Assembly: GCA_964016885.1 (NCBI GenBank)
Contig: OZ024745.1
Location: forward strand, 84,258,001 to 84,322,000
Source: Eledone cirrhosa
Taxonomy: Eukaryota
DNA length: 64,000 nt
Direction: 5' to 3'
Shown: positions 12,149 to 25,866 of the stretch, piece after piece
Layout: each line of letters begins with the position of its first letter
How positions within the stretch are numbered: position 1 is the first letter of the stretch
Notes under the pieces: generated by a model
The model's database searches: none
Seen by the model: the letters and a program-made list of their open reading frames with translations, nothing else
Told to the model about the DNA's origin: nothing
Translations under genes and position numbers: made by a program

Positions 12149-13010
12149 CGAGGTGGGTCAGAAAAGTTCCAGGACTGATGTCACAAAAGATTTATTTCAA
12201 ACCCAAACTTCACACTAAGAGTTTTCTCCTTCAAAGTAATACCCCTAGAGTCTAATGCACTTTTCCATCTTTTTCTGCCACGCTTGCATGCACTCCAGGA
12301 AGAATTCTTCCGGGATCCTCCACAGATGTCGTCCACGTCTTCAAAACGGGTCTCCTCCGGGTCGTACTCGAAGATCCATGACTCATCACCGGTGATGACT
12401 GTCCCTAGCAAGTCTGGTTCGGTTTCAAGACGCTCGAGGATGTCCTGGCAGACTTGCATGCGTCGACCCTTCTGGTCATCGTTCAGCAGTTTTGGCACCA
12501 TCTTCGCGCAGACTTTCCGCATGTCCAAATCTTCAGTGAGAATCTTCCAGACGGTGTCCCGATTCATGCCCAGTTTATTTGCCATCAGTCGAACAGTCAG
12601 CCGACGATCGCTACGCACCATCTGCCTGACGCGCTCAACGTTGACCGCAATCCTGGTTGTTTCGGGCCTTCCGCTCCTGTGGTCATCTTCCACGTCCTCG
12701 CGTCCTTCTTTAAACCTCTTGCACCACTCAAAAACACGTGAGCGTGACATCGTCTCATCTCCATACACTTGCTGCAGCAATGCCAGTGCTTCTGACGGAG
12801 TTTTCAAGTTTGTTCGTTGCTCTGTGCTCATTGCTTGACGACCTGAAACAGAGGACATGTATATAAAATTATGAAGAAAAAAAGTTTGATCGCTGCAGAG
12901 AGGTAAGATTACAATTACATACTCCAGGAGATTACTTTGAAGGAGAAAACTCCTAGTGTGAAGTTTGGGTTTGAAATAAATCTTTTGTGATATCAGTCCT
13001 GGAACTTTTC
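12149..13010 (-). mobile_element. Mariner-family DNA transposon, internally deleted transposase
   Basis: HTH (VYGDETMSRSRVFEWCKRFKEG..RSGRP), KMVPKLL, ITGDESWIFEYDPE, then a jump to C-terminal sequence; preceded by TA; 80-bp inverted repeats 12161-12240/12931-13010. Confidence 0.92.
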
Positions 13011-13589
13011 AGTACAAACGGTTTAGAGCTCTCGAAGATCATTGTATTGTTATAATCGATATCATATCAGCCATTAATAAAGTATAGCACTCCGATACAT
13101 CATTATGGTAGTCAGATAGTCATGTATAGATGCGGCCGCGTACGAGATTATTAGTAAGACAGAATATCTCAACATATCTAAAAATATGAGGAATGTTCCT
13201 CTAATTATAAAACTTCAAGTATTTTATCCTTTTATCTGCATAATGAGACTTGTCATGCGGCTAAAATTAACAAGAGTTTGTGTTTTTGAATGACCACAAA
13301 CAATGTTCAAACTGGTGTTAAACTAAGAAATTACGGCAGCCACACGGAGAATTCGCATGATCAAAGAACTGCATAGACATTATCAAAAATATAACTGTTT
13401 AGATCAGTGTAATAAACAACTATTTTCACACTACGCTCAGTCAATTTTGTAGATCGTAATTTTGCCCATTTTAATGTGTTGGGCACACTTGTGTACCAGT
13501 AACAGTATATGAACCACTGTTTTGTTACTTGACTTTTTAATGACACACACGCTTTCACAGACATTCACACAAACACATATATATATATA

Positions 13590-13740
13590 TATAATTTACT
13601 GCATTAAATGCCCGAATTGTGAAGAACTATATGTCGGTCAAACTGGAAATGCACTATCGGAACGTGCACGGATGCACCTACAGCAAATCAGAGACGCAAA
13701 TGTCAGTCAGATACCCCTGAGTAAAATGCTATTTTCATCA
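13590..13740 (+). pseudogene. PLE GIY-YIG endonuclease remnant
   Basis: IYCIKCPNCEELYVGQTGNALSERARMHLQQI; hammerhead ~250 bp downstream on the same strand. Confidence 0.8.
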
Positions 13741-13985
13741 TTTCTAAAAATAGCAAAACAATTGATGGTTTGGATAGGGTCAAATAGTAGTCGTTAGACA
13801 TGCTCAACCAACCGTGACGCCTAAACCAATCAGCTTTAGGAATCCAGTGGATCTACACACCGATTGGTGGAAATACAGTTTGCAGAATCTAGCATTCTCT
13901 AGAGCTTTTCACTGTATATAAAGGCACAAAATTTACCCATCTCATTACAGTTGAAAATTGCAAACTTGACTGTCACCACAGAATA

Positions 13986-14024
13986 TGAACCTGAAGATTG
14001 CGAAAGCATGAAAGTACTTGTTCA
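13986..14024 (+). ncRNA. Type I minimal hammerhead ribozyme
   Basis: UGAAC-CUGAAGA-U UGC GAAA GCA U-GAAA-GUAC-UU-GUUCA; stem I UGAAC/GUUCA, palindromic stem III, CUU site. Confidence 0.8.
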
Positions 14025-14175
14025 ATTAACACTTAACATTTAATATTCTACCATACTATTTCATTCTAATACCATTAAAAATTTTAAAGGATTGTAAATA
14101 AAACGAGTAAATCAGACAAAGTTTGAATTCCTTTTATTAATATAATATTCTATACACAATCATACACACCCGTGT

Positions 14176-16920
14176 ATCATCATCATCATCACCGTTTTAC
14201 ATCCGTTCTTCCACGCTAGCATGGGTTAGACGGGTTGTCCTGTTGTGTGCAGTGTCTGGTCAGCTGACCATGCCTTGCTCATACAGGAACTGATCTGGCT
14301 TGATTTCTACAGCTGGATGCCCTTCCTAACACCAACCTCATTTAGTGCTGGGTGCTTTTTCGTGGCGCCTACACGTCCACTTTACAGTGTGGGCTGGGTG
14401 CTTTTTTGTCGTGGCACCTCCACGACCACCTTGCGGTGGGGGGTGTGGGGGCATATTGTTTATATGCTTCAGCATGTACCCATGGGAGGTCGCGTACTCT
14501 GTATTACTGCATGACGCCAGAAGTCACGGTCGTGTGTCATTGTCTTTGAGAGGTGTAATTGGGTAAGGTCGGCTTTTATCACCTCATCCCAGGTCATCTT
14601 GGGTCTCCCCACTCCGCGGTTTCCATCAACTTCTAGTGCTCTGCACCTTTTTATGCAGCTGTCATCCTTCATACGCATCACATGTCCATACCAGCGCAAC
14701 CGCCTCTCCTGCACACAGCATTTGATTCCTCTTATGCTCAGTCTCTCTCTCAATTCATTTATGCTTTGTCGTTCACGTATATTACTGCTACACATCCATC
14801 GGAGCATGCAGGCTTCGTTTCTCTCTAATCTACGTAAGTCTTCCACCTTCAGCGCCCAGGTCTCACTACCATGCAACATCGCTGTTCGGATACACACATC
14901 ATACAGTCTGCCTTTAATTCTGAGGGAGAAGCCTTTTGCAGCTAGCAGTGGTAGTAGTTCCCTAAACTTCTTCCATCCCGTTCTTACCCTAGTTATTGTA
15001 CTTTCTGAACACCCACCTCCATTGCTAATTCGGTCACCTAGGTAGCAGAAGCTGTCTACTGTTTCTACAGGGCCCTCCCAGAGATTGGTGGTACTTGTTT
15101 CCTGTGGCTGTTTGCTGCTTGCTGTTTCAGCACAGATGCTGCATGTGAATCCTACATTCTTAATTAAGCTTCCTGAGATCCCGCTAGATCTCTTGTGTAC
15201 CCATTGTTTGCATTTGGGGCAGAGAATGGAGTTCCTACCTACACCTTTCCTACATACTGAGCAAGGCCATTTCCCTGAGGGGATCTGGGTTCTGTTTTCT
15301 CGTCTACTTACAAGGACCTTAGTCTTTGTCATGTTGACTTTGAGACCCTTTCTCTCTTGTCCCTGCTTCCAGGTTTGGAATTTATTCTCTAGTTCTACCA
15401 TAGATTCAGCTATGAGTGCGAGGTCATCAGCATACAGGAGTTCCCATGGGCATCCGGTCTTAAACTCCTCCGTTATTGCCTGCAGGACTATGATGAACAG
15501 GAGAGGGCTAAGAACAGAGCCCTGGTGGACCCCAACCTGTACGCTAAATTCCTCGCTATACTCGTTGCTAATCCTAACTTTGCTGACTGCTCCCCTATAC
15601 ATGGCTTGTACCGCTTTCACAAGCCATTCATCTACTCCTAGTTTTCTAAGAGCCCACCAGATTACAGCACGTGCAACTCTGTCAAAGGCTTTCTCAAGGT
15701 CGACAAATGCCAAGTAGAGTGGCTTACTTTTAGCTAGGTACTTTTCCTGTAATTGCCTCACAAGGAAGAGGGCATCAGTGGTGCCTCTTCCTGGTACAAA
15801 CCCAAATTGCATCTCGTCTATATTCACCTGGTCCCTAATCAGCTGTGCTATAACTCTTTCTGTTACTTTCATGACCTGGTCCATCAACTTTATACCTCTA
15901 TAGTTTCCTCTATCTAGTGCATCGTTGACAATGATGCTACTGCACCAATCTTTTGGTATGGCCCCTTCTAGTATTACCTGGTTAACGATACCTGTGGTTA
16001 TAGTGTGACCTACAGACCCAGATGCCTTCAGCATCTCGGCAGCTATACCCGATGGACCGGTTGCCTTCCCCATCTTCATATCTTTGATTGCCTTACTTAC
16101 TACGCTGCTGCTGACTTGTACTGCTGGTCCCTCTATAGGGTCTACTTGGGGTAGGGTCTCTTCTTCCCATGCATTCTCCTTATTTAGTAATCTATCATAA
16201 TGACTCTTCCATGCATCTTTCTTCTCAGCACTTGTGAGGGCAAGCTCACCTTTATCATTCCGGATACACTTCTCTCCAATGACATCGCAACTATCTCTGA
16301 CACACTGCCTCGCAATCTTGAATACCTCCTGTTTCTGGTCCTCATGTTGTAAAACATGCTTGAATTTTCTATCCTCTGCTTCGCTCCTAGCTAAGTATAC
16401 TTGTCGCCTAGCTTCCCTCTTGGTCTCTATGTAATGTACCCTGCTCCCCCCGTGCTTCCATTCTTTCCATGCCTGTCTCTCGGCCTTAACTGCTTCATCT
16501 ACCTTATTGTTCCACCACCAAGTCACTCTCCTCCTGCTTGAGGTCTTACTCCAGCCACAGACCTCATCCGTCGCCTCTAGTAAATTATTTTTTAGGAACT
16601 CCCAGTTCTCTTCTACGTTAAATGTCTCTATCTGTTCTTCTTTACTGTCGTAGGCGTTGAGTAAAATATCTTTAAATCTGTTACTGGTTGAGGGGACTTT
16701 CAGCTTCCAGATCTTTCTTCTCCAGGTTGGCCTCTGTTTCCGGGTTCGTCTAGTTCTGACCGTGAGGTCGCTGACAACTAAGCTATGTTGGGATGTACAT
16801 TCCTCACTAGGGAAGGCTTTTGTGTTTACGACCGTCCATCTGTCACGTCCTCTGATGAGGATAAAATCTAACTGACTAGAGTGCTCCCCTGATCTATAGG
16901 TGATCAGGTGGTTGTCGGGT
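14176..16920 (-). mobile_element. RTE-clade LINE, 5'-truncated within the APE domain, ORF open
   Basis: Frame open from ~16919 (ITYRSG..SQLDFIL..SQHSLVV) into ORF 14469-16526 (QFGFVPGRGT, DLEKAFD, GVHQGSVLSP, LYADDL, RLRWYGHVMR, GRPKMTW); (ATG)n 3' tail at 14176-14191. Confidence 0.93.
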
Positions 16921-16924
16921 TTTT

Positions 16925-16980
<56 letters not shown>

Positions 16981-17062
16981 AAGAAGAACAAAGTGGAGAT
17001 GTTACATAGATTTATTGCTCAAACCTGGTTATAAATGTTTCACAAGCAGCTGGCTCGTGATC

Positions 17063-17126
<64 letters not shown>

Positions 17127-17485
17127 GAATTATCGAAGCACTTAGTGATTTGAAACTTGAAAATGTAGGAATCTGAGAAAATAACTGTAACCATAATCGA
17201 TCGCTATAGATGATACCGTAGAAAATCTGGTAAAATGCCGCTTGAGGTATCTTTCGAATACCATTTGCAGGGGTATTTTACTCGATTTTTTAAGCCATAA
17301 TCCATAGCGATCGGTGGATATGTATTTATATATGATTTCAGTGTTTTAAGTAATCCCAAATGTTTCGTCGAATTTTTTTATGATTATAATTAATCAGTTA
17401 CCCGATAATTTTAAATGTGAAAATATATATATATTTTTTTTTGCACCTTTGAAAATACATGTTTTTTTTCCAGTTCACATAATAT

Positions 17486-17508
17486 TCTCCTTTTTTCTTC
17501 TATTACAG
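17486..17508 (+). promoter_or_regulatory. Probable 3' splice acceptor ahead of the GPCR coding exon
   Basis: Polypyrimidine tract plus TTACAG, 88 nt upstream of the ATG. Confidence 0.55.
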
Positions 17509-17596
17509 ATCTGCTTCCATTTATTGTTATCGGCATTTCACAAATATAAAGCATAAGAACTATACTCGGCAAGACGTTTATACCTGCTCACTGAAG

Positions 17597-18763
17597 ATGG
17601 AGAATGTTTACATGAGTAAAATTGATATCAACATTTCAAAGACAAATGACTATTCTTTCACAAGAAATGTTCCAAAGCTCTCTCAAAATATAGAATCTGA
17701 CTGGTCTTCGTTAGAGCTAGCAGAAATGTTGGATATCTACTATAAACCCACTTTTTCTTCTCTTGGTCTGTTGCTCAATTCCATATCGGTAACAGTTTTC
17801 CTCAACACAGATCTCAATAAGCTGTCTGTAAGTCACTATCTGATTGCTATTGGCATTATGGATAACTTTTATCTTATTACTGTAATCATACCATGGCTTT
17901 CAAAATATGGCATCGGTTTCTTTACGACTATGGGGATTTGTCAACTGGTGTTGTATCTTTCCCATTATTCTAGATTCCTTTCTCGCTGGTATATGACTCT
18001 GATGATCATGCAGCGGTCTTCAAAAATGTATTCACAGGGTTTGAAAAGGCGGTTTGAGAATGTTTTACAAGCCAAATTCATTATCTTAATGATTGCAATA
18101 TTTGCTGGTGTTGGTTTCCTCTATGTCACCTGGACACATGGCGTTGTAGATAATCCTCTTCGTTGTACCATTTTACCGGAAAATGAATCACAAATCCAAC
18201 TGCTGAAGAAAATTGAATTATTTTTTTCATTCATCTTTCCATGGATAATTTCTTGTGTCTTCCTGTTAATTCATCTGTGGAAGAATTGCATTTGTTACAA
18301 GTGGTGCTTTGCAGATATGATACAAACAAAGATTGAAGCTCAGGGCAACGCAATGCTGGCCAACTTTATTGGCGGTTCTGTGAAAACGAAATGGAGTGTC
18401 CGCACATTTGATCATATTGAAACACCTTCTTCCACTGAAATGAATTCTGCTATGAACATTTCATGTATTTTTGTTGCCACATTTTTCATCTTATCCAGTT
18501 TACCATACATGATTATCAAAATGAGAATATCTTATATGCATGAAGATTATAAATCACTCCAGTCGCTTTACATGAGTCTGTACTTATTAAATTTTGTTAT
18601 CAAGTTTTTTCTGTACTTATCCATTCCAGAGTTTAGGAAAGCAATAACTCGCGCTTTTGGAGGGTTGCATGGACACAAAACTGAAAAGGAAATGACTCAG
18701 AGATCGGTGCTCTTTCCTCGTGTCAGCAATAAAACTAGAATATTAGACACAACCAACCTATAA
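17597..18763 (+). CDS. Class A (rhodopsin-like) GPCR, FMRFamide/peptide-receptor-like, single coding exon, 388 aa
   Basis: Seven hydrophobic segments; GLLLN (TM1), YLIAIGIMD (TM2), C..LSRW...QR (TM3), Cys in ECL2, FIFPW (TM5), FILSSLPY (TM6), LNFVIKFFLY + EFRKA (TM7/helix 8); N-glycosylation sequons; AATAAA at 18799. Confidence 0.88.
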   Translation: MENVYMSKIDINISKTNDYSFTRNVPKLSQNIESDWSSLELAEMLDIYYKPTFSSLGLLLNSISVTVFLNTDLNKLSVSHYLIAIGIMDNFYLITVIIPWLSKYGIGFFTTMGICQLVLYLSHYSRFLSRWYMTLMIMQRSSKMYSQGLKRRFENVLQAKFIILMIAIFAGVGFLYVTWTHGVVDNPLRCTILPENESQIQLLKKIELFFSFIFPWIISCVFLLIHLWKNCICYKWCFADMIQTKIEAQGNAMLANFIGGSVKTKWSVRTFDHIETPSSTEMNSAMNISCIFVATFFILSSLPYMIIKMRISYMHEDYKSLQSLYMSLYLLNFVIKFFLYLSIPEFRKAITRAFGGLHGHKTEKEMTQRSVLFPRVSNKTRILDTTNL

Positions 18764-20787
18764 AAGGCTTTAACTATCTGGTGTAACATTCAAGGACAAA
18801 TAAAATGAATGTTGACTGAATATTTAATGTTATTCTTGAATGAATATATCTCATAAATAATTGTGAATTTCCAGTGTCTAAACCATTATTTCAATTCGCT
18901 GTAGCAAAAGAAAAGTTACTTCTGGTTGTGTCGTATAACATCATATGTCCAAAATAAAGAAGCAAGTATTGCTTACTTAGTTAAAATTTCATTATTGAAC
19001 AACATTGCTTTATTCCATCATAAATAAATCATGATGAGTGTGAGATGGAAAGATCTTCGAGTCAAAATAATCTAATTCTTCTGAAGACAACAATATTAAA
19101 TCTTGAATATTGAATTTCATATATATATATTATATTTATGTTGAGGTATATTTTAAAACTTGTGGATATCTGTTACGTACCAACAATACTGGCTAATGAA
19201 GTAGTTTCCATTGAGAATACAAACTAAGAATAACAACATTATTCATTGAAGGCTTTAAATCTTAATAACATTTACCTCCTCCACTGGATAAGATTTATCA
19301 ATGTATTATCACCATATTTATAATAATTATTGTATGTAATATAATTAAATTTTAATGCATAATAATCATACACATATTGCTAAAACGATGAAATCAATGT
19401 ATCAATACACCTATTAAAGCGGGAAATATCACCATTCAAGAGATATGTATTTTTTCAAGATGAGAATATTTTCCTCTTATTTTAATATGTGATGAACGAT
19501 AAGATTTTATTGATTTATTTTTACTTGAAAATATTAAGTCTGACCAAAACATCTAAACCATTTCACCGCGTGTTTCGTAAACGTGTAACAATCTTTCATA
19601 TTATTCGATTCAAATTGATTTTGACGTAACTGTATACAACATGCAAACCTCTGAAGTATCATGAAACGACTTTAATTTTCATTCGACATTACGTTTCTGG
19701 AAACTGTACTTTATATTTTCTTCTGAATGTCTCATAAATGCTATTTTCAAAGATCTATAGTACAAGATCCAAGAGAAAGGCGCTTAGAGTGTCTAACTGA
19801 TATATTTTCTCATTTTCCACCTACGATCCATTTTTATTACGAATTTTTGCTTAAGTAACATTTGCCATGAGCATTGAGCCAATATGTCATGTTTCCACTA
19901 GTACCACGTCAGTTAATACTCCATTACATCAAAGAACTTATTACAATCTAAACGATTCCGACAATCAATGCTGTGCTATATAGCATTCAATCATTTTTGT
20001 TTTCTTCCACAGAAGAATCATCGTTTTCATATTTCCTGATCTGCTACAAAGCCGTGTACAACATGATTTTCGCCACCAAACACATTAAATGAAATTTAAA
20101 TGTTGTAGTCATCATTACTTTTTACCCGAAAAGAATGTTTATGTGCCAAGTGTAACTGGGCGTTAAGGAAAGTTAATCTAAAAACAGCAGAATATCTTTG
20201 GGTGTATTTTTTTTCTTTTTTGGGACATGTTTGTAATACATATAATAACCCACTTGGATAGATGCATTTAGGGTTGCATATGTTTCTGAGAATAAATAAT
20301 AAAGTTCATGAGTAGAAAACAATTTTAATACTGATCTAGACCACAGTTTACAGCATCTAAAGAGCAGAAGTGATCAAGTGGATGACATATTCTACTAAAA
20401 GTAAATTTAAATCTGCTGCATGGCTTTATTTCTGAGTAGACACAAATCTATATTTCTCAGTTCGCCTAACTCTTGAACAGATAAAAAGTTTCAGGGAATA
20501 TTCCCAATTGTCTTGTCTATCAATCTGAATTAGTAAATCGAAATCTATTCCACAATATTTCTTCCCCGAAATCCTTCCAGATTTCCACAAGACTAGGTTT
20601 TATTTATATATTAATAGTGATATTGCTTGAATGACGTAATAAGTACACAACTAACAGGTATAAGGGCTACTATGAAGACCTACCTACAATGAATTTACTA
20701 ACAGTCGTTTGTGTAAAAATCATTACTCAAGACAATAGTTATATTCGACAATAAATGGTTGCTAAATATCTGAAAATTTTCCAGCCA

Positions 20788-20848
<61 letters not shown>

Positions 20849-20851
20849 ATT

Positions 20852-23800
20852 ACTGTTCTTTGAGTCTCAGTCATTGATGTTAGTTAACTGGAAAGTTTGT
20901 TGAAATGAATATCAAGCCACTACCTGCAGCCTCAGATATTCAGGATGTATCGGAGGGTTTTTGCTGTTACCAGCAAGCATGCCTTTTCAAGCGTTCCAAA
21001 AAGCATGGCGGGGCCAATTTTCTTTAACCATCCCTGGAAACTTTTTGAGATAGTACCTAGTGCGCCTATGACAATCGGGACCACTTTGACTTCATGGCAG
21101 TTCCAAATCCTTTTTACCTCCCACTTTAAGTCCTGGTATCGGTTAATTTTCTCCCTCTCCTTCTCTTGCACTCTCGTGTCGAATGGGCAGGCCACATCCA
21201 CAATCAGGCACGATCTTTTTTCTTTGTCCAAAACCACCAGGTCAGGTCTATTGTGTTCCAGTTTCTTGTCCGTCTGTATCCTAAAATCCCACAGCACCTT
21301 CACCTGATCGTTTTCTATCACCGCCTCCGGCTTATGCTCATACCACTTCTCAGAATGTGGTAAATTGTTTACTTTGCATAGGTGCCAGTGGATAACCGTG
21401 CCCATCACATCATGTCTCCAGCCCTTATAGTGAGTCTGGGCTAGGTGTTTACACTCGGATACAATGTGAGCCACAGTCTCCTCTCTCTCTCTCCACAGAT
21501 CCTGCACAGTGGGCTAGCCTCCTCGTTGTAAATGTGGTGTTTCAACTACTTCATTTTGAGGGCCTGCTCCTGCGCAGCCATTAACATTCCTTCTGTAGCC
21601 TTTTTAAGGTCTCCTCTTTTCAACCAGTTCCATGTCTGTGGATCTCTAAATTCAGTTTTCTCAAAGAAGGTACTATGAATGGATTTTTCCTGAAGGCTGC
21701 TCTTTCTCCTTGGTGTTATTTCCTCCTTGGACATCCCCTGGCCTATTGTCCCCTCCTTCAGTATGGCTCTGAGCATTGGCTCCTTACTATCAGTCACGTA
21801 TTTGTGTAGGTTGTTTTTCTCCATCTGAACACAGTCCTCTATGCTGATAAGACCTCTTCCACCCTCAGATCTCCTTAAGTAGAGTCTATCGACATAACCC
21901 CTCTTGTGGAACATATTGTAGATAGTCAATAGCTTCCTAGTCTTCCTATCCATTTCTTTTTGTTCAGCAACATTCCATTTCAGAATTGCCGCACTGTACC
22001 TAATAATAGACACAGCCCGGGAATTTACTGCACTTGTGGCATTCCTATTGTCAGATGTGACTTTAATACTCTCCTTACTCTCCGAAGGTATTCAGTTCTT
22101 ATCAATTCCTTCATTTTTTTGTTCTTGATGTCATCAGCCTCCAGAACGCCCAAATACTTGTATCCTTCTTCAGAGTCAATTTCTTTTATCATCTCACCTG
22201 TTGGTATCTGGATTCCGTTACTTCTGCTCAACTTACACCTCCTCATCACAATGACTCCACACTTACTAATACCAAATTGCATACATATATCATTGCTGAA
22301 AATACGGACAGTGTCAACAAGCACATCCAACTCCTTCTCACTCTTCCCGAAGAGCTTAAGATCGTCCATGAAGAGGAGGTGATTGATGGTAAGCCCTCCC
22401 TTTCCCAACCTGTATCCTGCTCTCACTTTTCGCAGTACACTGGTCAGGGGCATCAGGGCAAGGACAAACAACAGAGGGGACAGGCTATCTCCCTGGAAGA
22501 TACCTCTCTTGATCTTCACGCTTCCCAAGGATTCTCCAGTTGATGTCAACTCTGTTTCCCAGGACCTCACACTTTTGCCCAACAACTGTCTGATGTTATC
22601 TGCCACCTTGAAGATCTCCAGGCCTTTGGTGATCCAAGAATGAGGCACCATGTCAAATGCCATTTTGTAGTCTATCCATCCCATAGAAAGACCAGTGTGT
22701 CTCCTCTTGCAATTCCTCATTACCATCTTATCAATAAGTAACTGGTCCTTTGTACCGCGTGTCTTCTTTCGGCATCCTTTCTGTTCGTCCGGTAACAAGT
22801 TGTTTGTGTGGAGGTGATGGTAGATTTCCTCAGACATAATGCTTGTCAATAGTTTCCACATTACGGACAGACATGTGATAGGTCTATAGTTGGTAACATC
22901 ATTATCCTTGATTCGGTCTTTCATTATCAGAACTGTGATACCTTTTGTCAACCACTCTGTTACCTCACCTGACATCAAGCAGTCATTGAACATGGTTGTC
23001 AGTTTCGGGTGGAGGGATGTTATGTTTTTAATCCAATGCCCCTGCACACCATCTGGGCCAGATGATTTCCAGTTGGTTAGTTTTTTGGCCTGCCCCTTAA
23101 GAGTTTCAACTGTGATACTCAAATCAGTTTGTTGGCGTGCCTGTTCACTGATCTCCTTCTGTACTGTCTCAATCCACACTGCCTGGTCATTATGTTTAAC
23201 ATCCTGCTCCCATATTCCTCTCCAGAATGTTTTAGTTTGTTCCGCCTCAGGGATCAAGTCGTTGCCTCTTTCTTTCCCTTCAAGCTGTCCAAACAGCATC
23301 TTCTGGTTGTTGTCGAACATGCGGTTCTGTCTATACTGGCTGACTCTGTTCTCGTATCGCCTGATTTTTGCACTTTTTGTTACAATGCGTTGCTTCAGTT
23401 CCTCTATGATAATATTTAGCTTTTTCCTCCTAGTTTTGTACTTTATTTCCAGTCTATTTTTAGTGTCTATGTTTTTTATTGTCCCATTCAGTAGGGACTC
23501 AAGCTTTCCAATGTCATTTCTCATTTCCCTGATTTGACCGCTCAGTCGTTTCTTCCACCAAGGCTCTGCTCTTTCTTGCCTGTTGTTTCATCTCGCTTTT
23601 ATACCAAGTAGTTTCCTCACCGTATTTGCTGTTGCTTTGAGGATATTGTTGCACTGGTGAAGGCTCCTCGCCTCAAGGTATGGGATGACTTTGTTTACCT
23701 TAGCTGTTGTTTCTTTTAACTTTTTCCTGTCTACAAATCTTAGGTTCATAGGTCTCCCACTATTATTGTTCAATTTATCTACCACTAAGTTTAGGATATC

Positions 23801-24566
23801 TACCAAATCTTGTCCTAGCCCGTCAGCATTCATCTCCTCAGTGGCCGTATCTCTGTTCCAGGTATTATTTATCTCAGTATTCAGATCATTGTCTGTTTCG
23901 GGTGGTTCCTCTGTTCTCTCGACCTCTTCACCTTCATTTCCCACTGGCTCGTTTGCCTGGCATACTCCACCCTCCATCTCCAAGCTAATCTCTCTGCTCA
24001 GTTCCTCCAGTTCCAGCTCGCTTATCCACCCATTAGTTCTTATTACCCGAGCCTGCCCGGCCAATTTTTGTTCATCTAATTTAAATAGACCAATCTCGTT
24101 CCAGATGTTATGCATTCGTCTCCTATAGCCCCTCTCCTTGGGATTACTTTTCAGGTAACATTGCATAACAGTTCTATTCAATTCTTTCGTCCAGTTGGTT
24201 CTGGTCCCTTTCCTTCTTCTTCTTCCTCCGACACCAGCAGTATTTAGTTGACAGCCAGGTTTCTGCTGCTGAGCCAGGGAGCACCTGTTGGGTGAGAGTC
24301 TGTCACATGACGTTCTAGTCTCCATTTCACCGTTATTCGAACTGTTTAGTTTCGATATTTAAACACTCTTATCGAGGATTGGCGAATGTATGGTTACATA
24401 ATCATCTGTGGATTCACCGTCTCCGGTGGTTGCGTCGCTCCACTTGGCTCTTGTGTGGCATTATCACCACGCTGTAGGCGAACACAAATAAAGAAACAAA
24501 CAAACAGGCAGAAAAAAACCTCAAAATGAATAAGCATAAGTTTCATTGTAATGTAGTGTTCGAATG
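20852..24566 (-). mobile_element. Dong/R4-like family B, near full length (~3.7 kb), with stops and frameshifts
   Basis: ORFs 23588-24325, 22025-23524 (NYRPITCL, GIFQGDSLSP, LFMDDLKL), 21546-22013, 20932-21507 (HIVSEC, RHD, RPDL); bounded by (TTA)n. Confidence 0.93.
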
Positions 24567-24600
<34 letters not shown>

Positions 24601-24601
<1 letters not shown>

Positions 24602-24873
24602 GTTGCATTTATCTTGCTTTATGTTCATACGAGTTATCACCAAGTCATAACCCGTGACCTCAAGAGACAACAAGGTCCGCCATGTTCAAGAAAGAACATA
24701 CATACAACAAAGAACATACCTACACACACATGCATCTTTAGGTGTTTAGACTTGTGATGCACTTATATTGACAGAATCTTCCTTAGTATATGGCCAGTTC
24801 CCATCAGTACTATCTTTTGTATTTCTCCTGGGATTTGCGATAAGTAATCATTAGACCCCTTAGGTATCATTCC
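24601..24873 (-). mobile_element. Dong/R4-like family A, short 3' fragment
   Basis: Matches 6347-6615 with small indels; (TTA)n on both sides. Confidence 0.9.
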
Positions 24874-25685
24874 TATTATTATTATTATTATCATTATTAT
24901 TATTATTATTATAGTACATTTTGAATACATTAAATATTAAGCGCCAGGCAAAATAAATCTGAGAACTGAATTTACATGCATAATTTGATTCTTGTTTCAA
25001 ACCAATATAATTCAATACTAATGCTATGTACGAAATCGATACTAATTTACTAGAATTTTTTAAATATTTCAGTTCTGTTGAACATTATCGGTGTATTCTA
25101 TGAACATTTTTAGACGCTTCGTTTATTTCTATTAAATGTTTTTCTTTTTATGTATATATGTCTAACGGTGTATTAGTACACTTAACTGACTTATTAAATT
25201 GGTTAGAACCAATTCAGCTATGAACATTATATTAATTCAAGAAACTATACCTTCTGGTGATGTAGGGTGATTTACCCGTAATAAGTTATATTTTCCCACT
25301 CAAGGTAAACTTTAAGAAGTGTAAATACTGAGAAAATAATTTACGCATGTATGCATGTACTTTGTTATTCAAGCGATACATATAAATATATATAATATAA
25401 TATGATGTATATGAACGTATGTATAGTATATTTGGTAATATTCAATTACAAACATTTAGAAGACCCTTCGCTGTGAGTTTTAAAGTAGTGACTATGTCAC
25501 TTACTTATTTTCAGCAAAAGCAGAGGGAGAGTGATTGACAGTCCGCTTCTCGCTTGTTGGCGTTTATCAAAGCCACACACTCCCCTGCCTTTGCCGAAAA
25601 TTATAGAAGCTGGATTCTTATAGAATTCCAGTAGAATAATATATATAATACATATATACATATATACTATATATAATATATGCAT

Positions 25686-25866
<181 letters not shown>

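Noticed and set aside
14599-15717. Plus-strand ORFs here and at 1134-1703, 12284-12838, 21960-24128, 50043-52057; minus-strand ORFs at 63080-63705
   Set aside because: Antisense shadows of transposon ORFs
18800-20780. 2 kb of unique AT-rich sequence after the GPCR
   Set aside because: No ORF, repeat or structure recognised; probably 3' UTR or intergenic
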